Source: Chrysemys picta bellii
Lineage: Eukaryota
NCBI RefSeq assembly: GCF_011386835.1
Contig: NC_088792.1
Span: 172,856,001 to 172,920,000, forward strand
Length of the DNA stretch: 64,000 nucleotides
Reading direction: 5' to 3'
The first letter of the stretch is position 1. Each line of letters starts with the position of its first letter. Below the pieces are notes generated by a model. The model did no database searches. It was not told the origin of the DNA and saw nothing but the letters and a program-made list of their open reading frames with translations. Positions 1 through 11,594 of the stretch are shown here, in pieces. Both the position numbers and the translations under genes were made by a program.

Positions 1-315
1 AGAAAAAGGCTAATGGTGGTCTCTCTAGCCATGGTGAAATGTATTGAAAGACATCTCTAAAAACATATTGCACTGAAAAATGAGAAATGATATAGCTGCT
101 AGGACTATCCAATAAGCAGAGTAATTTAAACACAGCTACTGAGTTCAGGACTGTATTTCAACAATTGTAAAATGAATGAATAAATAGGGTAATTTTACAG
201 ACAGTGGCTTGATTATTTAATCCGGGGCAGTTATGCCACATGAATACTTGCAAAAAACAAAGCAATTCGTATGTCTGGACTTCCACTGCCTGACTTGTTG
301 GGCAAACCTACTCAC

Positions 316-443
316 CGGGCATCACTCCTTTGATATCACTTTCAATGTTCATCTCGTTCTTGTTAGTGAAGTGAAGAATAAGTTTCTTGGCTGCCTCAAA
401 TTGTTGTGTAGCCATCAGCCACCGAAGGGACTCCGGGAAAATA
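316..443 (-). CDS. SLC22A23: SLC22A23 internal coding exon (equivalent to human exon 5), 128 nt, phase 2 to phase 1
   Basis: Minus strand reads t|ATT TTC CCG GAG TCC CTT CGG TGG..., giving IFPESLRWLMATQQFEAAKKLILHFTNKNEMNIESDIKGVMP, which matches SLC22A23 as recalled (IFPESLRWLMATQQFESAKRLILHFTQKNRMNPEGDIKGVIP). Acceptor AG at 445-444 with a CACTAAC branch point at 470-464; donor GTGAGT at 315-310. Not in the ORF track because it has no start codon. Confidence 0.96.
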
Positions 444-812
444 CTTTAAGAGATACAAAATGTGTTAGTGGATGCTTCCAAGGATTTATCAATGAGAGGC
501 AACTGCATTTGTCGACTTACACTATTTGAGAATAAAGTAATAACATGGAAATGGTAAAGTAAGAATTGCCTGAACATTTAAAAAAAAGGATGTTTTTTAC
601 AAACAGTGCAAAAACAAAGGGTAAGATTCCCACTATATAAACTATCCAGGGGTATTTAATATCTCACCCTCCCACCATGTTTTCTTTTATACAAATGTAC
701 ATAGAGACCAATTCCTGTTGCATCACGTCTTTTGTAAAATGGGGTAGTATAAAACAAAATAAGGCAGGGTAACAGGATTGTGTGCATTAGTACAATGTAT
801 GAAAGGGTTGGG

Positions 813-1041
813 GAGACTTGTCTACATGGTGAGTTAGTGTGTGGCAAGTCAGGATGTGAATCTACAGTGCTCCAGTTTCGCATGTGCTAACTCTGTGTGG
901 AGACTGATACAGCGCAGTGGAAGTCCTGGAGCATGGCTGTTGAAGTATCCACATGCTGAGTTAGAGAGCTGCAAGCTGGCACGCTGTAGATTCACACCCT
1001 GGCTTGCCTACTACACAGTAACTGGCCATGTAGTAAAGCCC
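813..1041. mobile_element. PIF/Harbinger-type MITE
   Basis: Termini gacttgtctacatgg ... ccatgtagtaaagccc, with internal inverted segments gtgaatctacag / ctgtagattcac. Confidence 0.7.
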
Positions 1042-1814
1042 TAGGAAGCACGGTCAGCAAAAGCCACCAGCTGCCAACCGAGTAAAAGAGTGGGACAGTT
1101 TCCAAATGGCAATTCTCACCCAGCGCTCTGGTTAAGGAAGTGACTGCAAGTTTTTTAAAGCTGGAGGAGGAAAATACCCTATTGAACTGGTTTATGATTA
1201 CAACACAATGTTGATTTTGTTTTAAGGCAGATTGTTTAAAATTATCTGCAAAACACTATTTTTCCCCTAGAAGTCAAAAATGTCCAGCTTCATAAACAGA
1301 TTTTAAGATATTTTGACAGAGCAGTGATATGTCTAGTCCTAGTATGGATAAATATGTAATAAGTAGCTTAACACTATGTTCAATTTTGTTAAAATGAAAG
1401 CTCCCTATAGTGAAAATAATATTGCTTTATTTGTGTGATATTCTGCATAAAAATACCCCATATGGGATACTCCTCTGTACAATATCATCAAATATGGAAT
1501 TAAGTCAAGTAAAATGGAATGCCACTTTGAATATAAACCTCACAGGAAACAGTGCTGAACCATGTAGGGGAACTTCAAATACTTACTTCTGATTTAACAG
1601 CGAGTGTGTCAGAGGACACACCATATACGCTTAATACGCCATTATTCCTGAGGGTGGTGGATGAGCAACATGGGAAAACATCCACCTTTGATATGAACTT
1701 CAAAGGAGCAATGTGGATGAGAGTTCATAGAAATCTGATTAACATTGTACCTCAAGAAAGAACAGAATATATGAAAAATATCAGTTTTACCTGCATACAG
1801 CAGCGTGTACTATA

Positions 1815-1866
1815 AAGGAGGTCAGAGCAGATTATCTAGGGGTACTGCCTGGCCTTAAAAATCTAT
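1815..1866 (+). mobile_element. CR1 LINE 3' tail remnant
   Basis: aggaggtcagagcagattatctaggggtactgcctggccttaaaaatctat resembles the reptile CR1 3' end. Confidence 0.55.
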
Positions 1867-4221
1867 TAATATCTAACCAAGTCTAAAAGTAAGACTTGTG
1901 CGAGTTTGGAGAGCTAACAGATTGTCTGATGAAGGGTAGGCTGTTTAAGTGATGCAGGCTTAACACTGATTAGTAGTAGATGTCGTCAGAAATTACTAGT
2001 TCACATATGAAAGCTCTGATAAATCAGGAACTAAGAGGCAGCTGGTGTGTATGTCATTAAAAAACAACAACAACAAAAAACCCTTGCTGTCAGCTATGTC
2101 CCTGATCCAACCTGCTGCCCCACGACCTATATCCAATAAGGAGCAACTAAGAAGCATTTGATCAGATACATGTGTTTAAGCAATAATCACGAAAGGGCTC
2201 GTATGCTGCGATACAAAACACACAATTTTGTACCATTAACACAACATTTTGGGGTGGTTCTCAAAAATATATATTTTTCATAGAGTTCTCATTTATTTCC
2301 ATTAAATGTAGACGTTCACCCTAAATCTCGGTCTTAATTGATTAACCTCTATATTTTCAAATTCATTTATTTTCATACTGAGCCAAACAGGCAGGTGTGG
2401 AACTTTACAAAACACACAGTTGAAATAGGTCCACAAGATTTGTGGTCTTCTCCCTTGCGTAGGCCTCAGTTTCTCTTTCCCTTTGACTCAGTAGGTATAT
2501 TTAATCCTCTAGGGCATCTGATGACACAGTTTGTGTAACAGATGCATTATAAAATAAAGTTATACTAATCAGAAATTCCACCACAGTGCAGTGACTTTTG
2601 TCACCAATGCAGTCTCATGTATGTGAGGGGGCAGGGTGACAAAAGAATGGAGTAAAGGCAGCTGAACCATTAAACAGCCATCTCTTCAGGTTAATACAGT
2701 CAAGACATCACCCTTGGCTTGAATGCAATCCTAGATGAAGAAAAAGGCATATTGATTTTATGCATTAAAATAAGGAGAATGAAAAGGAAAACTGACCTGC
2801 AATCCAATGTGTCAAAGAACAGTAAGTAAGTATTGCAAATAGGAAAGCTGTTCCCCCTTGACAGCTCATTATACTGCATTGATATCATGTGTCTGCCTCA
2901 GCAAATTTTCTAACAGAACATATTGTTGTGGAAATGGCACATTTTGCAAATAGACTCAAAAAAAAAAAAAAAAAAAAAAGTCACTGAATGCAACACATCA
3001 TCCAATATTTTGCCCTTGATAGCTGGCAGCAATAGCTACTCTAATGGTCCTTTGGAACAGTCTGCTTAGTAACTAACAAAAGTCTCCAGAAACCTTTGAT
3101 AGCAAAGTGCTATTTGTACACAACTGCTGGAAAAGGATTGTTAATGGTTCTGAAGATGGTTTCCATGGTAGAAATTCCTTACGAGTATCATAGCATTGTT
3201 TTTTGTCCCAATCTTTCCATGCTGCATCATGGATTATTATTTATTTTCAATAATTCTTTCTAATAGTGGCTACAACGGTTTAGGAGCTCTCCATCAGAGA
3301 AGAGGGCAGTTTCCTTGCCTTGTGCAGCTCACAGTCTAAAGGACAGACAAGTAAACTATTCCCACTCACCCTACCCATCAATCATGTATGTTTTCTGAAT
3401 AATGTAACTGAAAAGGAAGGCTGAGTGTCAACTCACCCACATGTGGGGCCTGATCCTGCAAACACTTAGTTTAACTTTACATATGTGAGTAGTTCCACTG
3501 ACTTCAAGAAAAGGAGGGGTGAAAGTTTCAGATTCACTCTGGCTCCTGCTCACCCTCCACAACGTAGCCCTCACGTACATTTGGAAGGGGAGAGCCCCAG
3601 TGTCAAGGAGATCATTGGGGTGGTGAATAAACAAGATGTTAGTAAAGAGGGAGTTAGAAACAGAAGGGAGGGAGAGGATGAAAGAAGGTAGAAAGGAAGA
3701 GTATAGTGGCAATTGGGTAGAGAAAAGTTAGGACAGAGGGGAAAAACCTAAAAATAACGGTCAGGGTCAGACGGTTTAAAAAGAGATACCCATTTTGTGT
3801 ACACAGTGCAGGCAATTATGTATGAAAATGGGGTGACTATACTAGAAAGTGGCTACCTGGCTGCCCAGCCAAATCACTGTATTTGGGCATACAATCATGC
3901 AACACCCTGCAGAGCTGGGCTAGGGGCTGTTGCCACCATTTTACTGAGCAGCTGGTCACCATCCTTCTCCTCGAGCCAAACCACACTGTGCTCTATTCTG
4001 CTTACACCAAAGAGGGGTGGAGGCAAGAAGAGCAGGGAGCACTCACCAGCTGGCCTACAGCCTACTGGGCAGAACAGCCCCTGTTGTCAAAGGCAGGCAG
4101 TGTTTCTCAGCAGCTGCCACAGCAAAATAGGCCTGACCACTGAAAGATGAATAAGCCCTGAGGCAGTCTTAGCCATAGTAAGACAGCTGGCATCTATATT
4201 TGGCAAGCACAGGAAAATCTT

Positions 4222-4373
4222 NNNNNNNNNNNNNNNNNNNNNNNNNNNNNNNNNNNNNNNNNNNNNNNNNNNNNNNNNNNNNNNNNNNNNNNNNNNNNNN
4301 NNNNNNNNNNNNNNNNNNNNNNNNNNNNNNNNNNNNNNNNNNNNNNNNNNNNNNNNNNNNNNNNNNNNNNNNN
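4222..4373. other. Assembly gap (152 N)
   Basis: Run of N. Confidence 1.
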
Positions 4374-5068
4374 TCAATACCTGTGTAAGTATCTTCTCAC
4401 CTGCTGTACACAGATAATTTCCTATATGAGGCTCCAACCCAATAAGTAATAGCATGCAGGTGGACTGCTGCATGGAGCCTCCGTGTGGACAGTCTGCCTG
4501 TGCACTAACAATTGCAGCATTGGGGGTCTAACACATCTAACCTTAACTGAACACTTCCTTTTGGAGTATGATGATTCAGAAAAAAATATTTCAAAGACTG
4601 GACAGGCTACAGCTTCCAACCTGTGCAGCCTGTCAGCGACATAAACTGGAAAAAGAAGAGTGGAGAGGAGAGGGTAAAGGATTTCCAGTCCGCCAAGATC
4701 TTTGTTTTGGTCATTCAGGAACAAATGGGGAAAAAGAAGTCTCATTCCCCTATAGCTTCTGTACGATTCCAGCACTGGACATGCTCAAGCCCAAAGGCGA
4801 AAGACTTCCAGTTGCTCTAATTGCTCAGTCTGATGAGCAAGAGCAGGAAATGGAAGACACCAAAAATTCTGCCATAAAAATCAGGGATTAAATGCATCTT
4901 GAGGTCCTCAAATAAATTTCCCTAATTGCTCTGTCGCAACTCCAGGCGATTAAACAACATATTAAGTTAAAATTCTCTTTTAAATATTTAATGCATTTTA
5001 CTTTTCTTTTACCTGTTTCGATTTCGGTTGTGTGAACTCACACAGGGACTAGTCAGACTTGTGGCGTG

Positions 5069-5072
<4 letters not shown>

Positions 5073-5120
<48 letters not shown>
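5073..5120. repeat. (CA)24 microsatellite
   Basis: Directly visible. Confidence 0.98.
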
Positions 5121-5122
<2 letters not shown>

Positions 5123-6059
5123 ATTTTTGCAGCTCTGACTTCCAAACTTTAGGCAGCATGATGGGAAACTTGAAAGCAAAAAAGGCAAACAAATGAAAAA
5201 AAAAGCAAGCAAACAAAACAGAGAAGTTAGCCCCCAAACCTGATTTCACATCTCTAGTTCACTACAATTGTATCTCCTTGCATTGGCTTAAATTAGGATA
5301 ATAAAGGAATGTTTATAAGCAGCTGCTTTGCCAACATCTTTTCACAACACAAACAAAATAGGAAATGTTTCCATTTTCTTTCAATTGCCGGATCAACCTT
5401 TTGTGGGCTGGGCGCCAAATATATTTGTGGGCCTCCATGTGGTTGTGATGGACCCCTTTCAAGTGTGGGCCCGGCGTGACAGTGCCACTGATGCCATAGT
5501 AAATGTGGTATTGCCGGGATGGGGATGAAAACATTTATTCAAAAACAAAAGAAGATATTTGAAGCCAGACTTGATTGAGACCTCCACTCAGCCCATAGAG
5601 AACGAACTGGGCTAACATCAATCTACCCAGAATACCATTGAATTTGGTTTGTTTGTTAGTTTTGTCTTTTTTGTTTAAGCACCCTGGGGCCCTGAACACA
5701 AATGCTTAATTAGCAAACTTATGAGCCATATTAAGCCGGGATGTAGCAGTCAGTGGTGTCACACCTGCATCTCCTCACCACCACCTCCTCCACGCAAAGT
5801 TATGTTTCGTAAATACATTTTTTGAAACCTGCATTTTCTACTTTGGTACAATAATGTTTACAAAACTTTGGGGCGGAGCGCGGGGAGGAAAATTGCTGGT
5901 GCCCATCTTTTTCAGGGAGAAAGGGCCACAGAGAGAGACACAGACTTTAACAATCCAGCTTCAAGCTCCTACCCCACCCTTCACTCCTGGGCTCACCCCA
6001 CCCCCATCCCTCCTACTGTTCCCACCCCACACAACTAACCCCTAAAGAAAGGCTCTCAA

Positions 6060-6921
6060 TCTCCCTGCTATTGGCCCCCCCCCACTTTTACCCCAGGGCT
6101 GTCACCTCCCTCCCCCAGCCAGCTCCCCCATCGCACCAGGACTTGCCCCACAACTGCTCCTTTCCCCCCAAACTGCGCTGCGCCCCCTCCCCAGATTGCA
6201 GGGGGGCAGTTTCTGGGCATTCCCACTGGCAGGGGGCACCGCAGCCAGCACTGACAAGCCCCACTGTCACCGCCCTCCCTGCTCCCAGGGACCACAAACA
6301 ACCCCCTCCCCCTTAAATTGCAGGGTTGAGACAGTGCCCAGGAGCATCCGGGCATCACAGTCGCTGGGGGGCTGCACACCACCCGGGAGTCACAGGATTG
6401 CGGCTGCCGCCAGCTCCCCTCCACCCCAGGAGAATGGGGGAGACTCGGGGGTGGGGGGAGCCAGGAGCTCCCACCCCATGCCCCAAGTGGGAGAGAGGGT
6501 GCAGTGGGATTAGTGCCGGGAATCTTCTCCCTGCACCAGAACATTTCCTTGCTTGGGATTTCTTTTTGGTCCTTTTTGATGTCTCTGCCCACTTCAGCTA
6601 GGGCGGCTGGCAACATGGGGCAGGGCATTCTGGGACTAGTAGTGCAGCTGCCAGCGCAGGTCCCAGAACACAGCGGCATGCAAACTACAACTCCCAGCAT
6701 ACCCTGCAACACCCAGTCCCTGTTGCATCTGCCCAATGTGCCAGGGGGCGAGGCCTAATAGCCAAGTGGGACTAAGGCCCACCTCAGCCCCACACAGGAA
6801 GAGGCTGGTGCTGCAAGGAATCTGGGACAAACGCTGTTCCGGAGTCACTCAGCCCAGAATCAGGACTTGAACTCTGCATTTTGGGACTGTCCCGCCTAAT
6901 TTGGGATGGGTGGTTACCCTG
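6060..6921. mobile_element. GC-rich non-autonomous hAT-like element, only one terminus recognisable
   Basis: Right end gggactgtcccgcctaatttgggatgggtggttaccctg (TAGGGTGACC/CAGGGTAACC-type TIR); C-rich interior; left boundary approximate. Confidence 0.55.
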
Positions 6922-9439
6922 CCCCATCTTCTCCTCTAGTCAGATGGGGAAAAGCCAGTTGTTAGCTTTGGCAAGGTTCCCCTTTTTTGCCTCACCCATC
7001 CCATCTTTCCCTTGGGAGTACTCTCTGTAAAGAGCTTAAAAAGTTTTCTGCTAAGGGTAATTGATTAGAGTTGGTCAGTCTCCCAGTGCCTAAAGCTGAG
7101 CTGGCTGCAGTCAGCTGATTGGTAGACTTCCTTTCCTTTCCTTCTAGAGTAAAGGTAAAACAAGCCCTTTGCCCATGGAAAAAACTGAAGAGGGAAAAAC
7201 TAGAATTACTGTCAGTTTCTGGTTTCAGTGTGTAGAAGTTCTTGCTGCTGTCCATGCAGAGACCACTGGGAGAGAGGGGAGGAGCATGAGGAGCATTGAA
7301 ACAACAAAATAAAAATCATTAACAGCACAGAAAAATTCAAACTACAGAAAAAGTCTAAAGGAGTTTTAAAAAAAGGGAGAGGGGGAAGGGAAAAAACACA
7401 GAAAGGAGGACAGGAGAGAATGCAGAGAGGAGGAAGGAGAGAAGTGAAGATGGGGAAAGGGAGAAGATGCCTTTTAGAATTTTTGCACTGGGTGTCACTG
7501 GCACACAAATACTGTTGCAGTCAGTGCCAAAGATTTCAAGGCATACTTGGGAGTAAGTGTGACCCCAGCCTGCAAACAGAGTAAACTGTACCAGTGGACT
7601 ACACTAGAGTAAACTGTGTTTGCACTAGGGGGTTCCATCAGGGCAACGACACCAGTTAAAATCCAAGCTGCTGCATTTGAGGAGTACGGGGAACGGATAA
7701 ATCTCAGCTTATGGCATTTGTGCAGCTATACCCAACGCAGCTAGCCCTTTTCATGCCCTTAACTTTTAGTTAGTATGTCGGGTTTCTTTGTTTTAATTAT
7801 TAATACACTTGCTGACCTTCAGGAGAGCCAGATCCAGGAAGCATCTAATACCAAAAAGAGGAAACAGAAAGCCTTCTGTATCCTGGTGATCTGAAATCTG
7901 TGCCTAAGTGCATAGTTAGGACCCTGACTTCTTTCATGTACATGTCTTTAAGCACATTTCTCAGACCTGGCGTACACACAAACGTCTACGGTCTTCCAGA
8001 TGTCTAGGACTATCCAGATTCCACAGCTCTGTCATTGACTATTACAGGCCTTGCACCCCTGCACTTTTGTATAGAGCCGCTCCACTCCCTCTCAATCAGG
8101 GTCTTGCTCCAAGCTCTATCTGTTTAGGTATTACACAGCCCATGACAGCATGGTATCTATAATATAGGGCGAGGGGGGAGCAGAGCAGGCACAGAGCTGG
8201 AAGAAGATTAGACCCAGAGATGTAGGAGAAAAGTGAACAGCACTCTCACAGTAGGAAAGGGATCAGGGATCACAGATCGGGGGGAAGACGAGGGAGGAGA
8301 CAATATGGTAGGTCACAGAACCTTTCTAGTGTTTAACTGATTACTTTGTGTGGGTAATTAACAAGTGACAAGGAAGGGCAGTTTTCATTTTTTATTTTGT
8401 TACAATTAAATGCAAGTTCATTTCCCCCCCACCCCCAACTACGCATACAGTACATGCCAAATTAACTACTCTCCTACACCCTAGTTGAAGGGAAGGGACT
8501 ATAAAAATGACAAAACCGACCCTGCTTTTTAAAAGCGGCATCCCATTTAAAAAGATGTGACACGTGAGAGGTATGCACGCAGCATACGTGTACTGTACAC
8601 CCAGTATAACTAAACAAATGTTTTCAGTCCCTTTCTGCTCATTCAAGAAAAATCAGACTCTGCAAGTTTTGATACTTTGGTTATTGCTACCATTATCAAA
8701 CCATATAAGCAGGTCCTAATCTTACCTTCCTTCCATCCTTCCCCTCCTATTTTCAATGGGATTACAGATGCATATCCAAGGGTAGAATTTGGCCAGTAGC
8801 AAAACAATGAAGGCATTTGTTTAGTTTGGGATAAAACATTAATATTTCCAACTCCCATTAATGTCGGCAGGGGCCTTTGCATTGAGTTTACTGGTAGCTG
8901 AATCAAATCCTGACATGGCAGTGTTTATAATATGAAAAAAGTCTCTTTACACAGACGTTTGTTTTGTTGGTGTGTTTGGTGCGTTATTATGCTAGTTAAT
9001 CATATGTCTTCCTAAAGGACAGTAAAACACTATCAAATAAAATATTTGTAAAGGATAGTATTGGTATTGTACACTAGCAATATATACTGTTTAAAACCTG
9101 AATTGTTATGCTAAAATGTATTCAGGTGTAGAATGACTGAACAACAGTAAACATTCAGCCAATACAACTGATGAAGGGTAGGGAGTAAAATAAAACAACA
9201 GATTAGGTAAAACTAACATGTGATAAGGTACACCTGCTAAAATGCACAGACCAGGACACACCAACTCAAAGCAGCGCCAGATCCTCCCAAAACAACAGAT
9301 GCAAAACCTGCAGACATATCTCCGCTGCTACAGTGATCAACACTCCCCACAACACAGCTTTCAAGATCCATGGATTCTACATATGCCCATCACAATATAT
9401 GTACCTCATTCAGTGCACTAAATGCCCCAATAACAACTA

Positions 9440-9612
9440 CACCTCTATCCCGATATAACACAAATTCGGATATAACGCGGTAAAGCAGCGCTCCAAGGGG
9501 GCAGGGCTGCGCACTCCGGTGGATCAAAGCAAGTTCGATATAATGCAGTTTCACCTGTAACACGGTAAGATTTTTTGGCTCCTGAGGACAGCGTTATATC
9601 GGGGTAGAGGTG
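9440..9612. mobile_element. Tc1/mariner (Tigger/pogo-type) MITE, 173 bp
   Basis: TIRs cacctctatcccgatataac / gttatatcggggtagaggtg; TA TSD at 9438-39 and 9613-14. Confidence 0.92.
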
Positions 9613-10002
9613 TACGTGAAACCAGACAGACAATAACTACGCTCTTGAATGAACTCACACAGGAAAATGATAAAAGACAAAAACATCCCATTGCCTGTGG
9701 GTGAGCACTCTTCACAAAACCATCACTCCATAGCTGGCCTATCAGTTCTCATCCTCAAAGGAAACCTGCACAACACTTTCAAAAAAGATACGCCTGGCGC
9801 TTAAATTCATCTCTCTGCTCGACACCAAAAATCATGGACAAAACTGAGACACTAGACTTATGGGTATTAACCCCCCTCCCCTTTTGTCCTATGACTACAG
9901 AGGTGTTAACGGGCCACTTCACCTTGAATGGTCCCTTACTACCTATCCTAAACAATCTGATCCACTTTGTATTTAGCTGGGAAAACACTGAGTACCTTTC
10001 CC

Positions 10003-10043
10003 AGACCTGAAGACGAGCTCTCTGTCAGCTCAAAAGCTTGTCT
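10003..10043 (+). ncRNA. Minimal type-I hammerhead ribozyme motif, degenerate (G12 to A)
   Basis: AGAC-CUGAAGA-c-GAGC..GCUC-AAAA(GAAA expected)-GCUU-GUCU: stem I AGAC/GUCU, stem II GAGC/GCUC, palindromic stem III AGCU. Confidence 0.65.
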
Positions 10044-10145
10044 CTCTAGCCAACAGAAGTTGGTCCACCCACATTGTCTCTCTAACATCCTGGGACTAAC
10101 ACAGCTACAACTACATTGCACAGCACAGATAAGGCAGTGTAGATT

Positions 10146-10457
10146 TTAACACATACAAGCTGATTGAGTGAGAAGCCTCCCGGGAACCTGAGGATACTTC
10201 CCAGCATGGGTAGATGGACACACACTGGTTTTGCTCAAGCAAGCATGCTAAAAATAACAGCGTGGCTGCTTGACATGGGCAGTGGCTCAGGCTAGCCACC
10301 CAAGAATAATCCTGCCTGACCCCCTTGGTCTGGACTCGGATGGCTTCCCTGAGCCACTGCCTATGCCATCACGGCCACACTGTTAATTTTAGTGTGCTAC
10401 ACATCTGTCTCCCCAAGAGGAGAAATACCCTCCCAGCTGCTGTGTAGAGATCCTCTC
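10146..10457. mobile_element. Palindromic Harbinger-type MITE (degenerate)
   Basis: Internal inverted arms gctaaaaataacagcgtggc / gccacactgttaattttag and ggcagtggctcagg / cctgagccactgcc; right end cccagctgctgtgtagagatcc. Confidence 0.65.
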
Positions 10458-11051
10458 AGGGAGCATGAGCTTAGCACATGTTAAGGGCAATGTACCTTGT
10501 CTACACTAGATTTAAAATGGGCTAGTTTGCACATGTTGGCCAATACATGCTAACATCATTGCTTTAAATCTAGCCTAGTCCAGCCCAAAGAGACAGACAG
10601 GACAGGCAAGTACCATACTCTGGGTTTCAGTGGAAAACTTGATTTTAGAAACAAACACAGATCCTCAAGGACTAAGGCTGCGGCACAATTGTCAACACCC
10701 TGCTGGTGAGAACTTATTTTTCCCCTCACTTTTTATACCTGGTGATTGCAACATGTCCCCTCCCCAAAGTAGTATGAAGCACATATGGCGACTCACCAAA
10801 GCAGAATGCTCCTCTCCCTCCCACCCACTTCTGGGAAAGCAAGTAGAGGAAGCTACCTTAGAGAGTAAGTTCCTCTGAAGCTTAGTTTCAGATTTACCTA
10901 TTGCTGAAGGAGACATTTTATAACTGTGGAAAAGAAAAGCTTGATACAGGCTATAATAAAATGGGGGCCTTCCCAGATAGCAAAACACCTCCCAAACCCA
11001 GCTTTAGTAGCGAGCATCTTTACAAACAAGAAACAAGGCAGAAATACTTAC

Positions 11052-11220
11052 ACCCAGTAAAGCAGCATCAGCAGGAAAGGGCAGATGATGACCGCCTGGA
11101 GAACCTGCCAGTCCCTGCAGAGGGCAGCCAGTCCTGGCATGAGGAACTGTCCTGCCATTGCAATGAAGCTTGCCACCATGGTGACCATGAATCGGTGCCC
11201 AGGAGGACAGAGTTCTATTC
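11052..11220 (-). CDS. SLC22A23: SLC22A23 internal coding exon (equivalent to human exon 4), 169 nt, phase 1 to phase 2
   Basis: Translates to (R)IELCPPGHRFMVTMVASFIAMAGQFLMPGLAALCRDWQVLQAVIICPFLLMLLYW, near-identical to SLC22A23 as recalled. Acceptor ccttttttgtttcAG-type tract ends at 11221; donor GTAAGT at 11051-11046. Phase is compatible with the exon at 316-443. Confidence 0.97.
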
Positions 11221-11485
11221 CTGAAACAAAAAGGCACATGCAAAATTTGAATGTCAATACAAGGAAATTTTTTTTTTTGTTATCCATAATGACAGAGGAG
11301 CTCATTAATCATTTATTATGGCACTGGAGCCAATGTACTCCCATCAATCACAATTTTTTCTACTGGATTTACAAAGTGGATACAATAGTCCTTTTAGTAA
11401 GGATTTCACTCAGTCTTGGGCTCAAGAAAATATTTTACTGAAGACTTATGGCAAGTAAAAGCTTACATGTGTCCCAAAGACTTAG

Positions 11486-11594
11486 GGGCCAATCCTGCAA
11501 GATGCTGAAAAAAGCCCAGAGGTGCTGAGTGCCTTCAATTCCCATTGAATTTCATGGGAGTTGCGAGTGCTTGGCACTTTGCAGGATCTAACCC
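11486..11594. mobile_element. Short palindromic MITE
   Basis: gggccaatcctgcaa ... ttgcaggatctaaccc with a central cccattgaatttcatggg palindrome. Confidence 0.7.

Larger units (their letters stand above)
9245..10120 (+). mobile_element. Penelope-like retroelement 3' fragment (GIY-YIG endonuclease plus terminal repeat), family A
   Basis: Frame from 9246 reads TDQDTPTQSSARSSQNNRCKTCRHISAATVINTPHNTAFKIHGFYICPSQYMYLIQCTKCPNNNY, then [MITE], then V-ETRQ...MNSHRKMIKDK...PVGEH...LILKGNLHNTFK, i.e. the CxxC and Y-x-x-C..C..YVGET motifs of PLE GIY-YIG domains. The terminal region holds a hammerhead-like motif. TGCACAG occurs at both junctions (9243, 10117). Confidence 0.9.
444..11051 (-). other. SLC22A23: SLC22A23 intron (GT...AG, 10,608 nt)
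   Basis: Bounded by the donor at 11051 and the acceptor at 444; contains an assembly gap. Confidence 0.93.

Noticed and set aside
1926-1940. 15-mer CTGATGAAGGGTAGG shared with about 9167, containing CUGAUGA
   Set aside because: No stem II or GAAA follows, and a couple of 15-mer matches are expected by chance in 64 kb.
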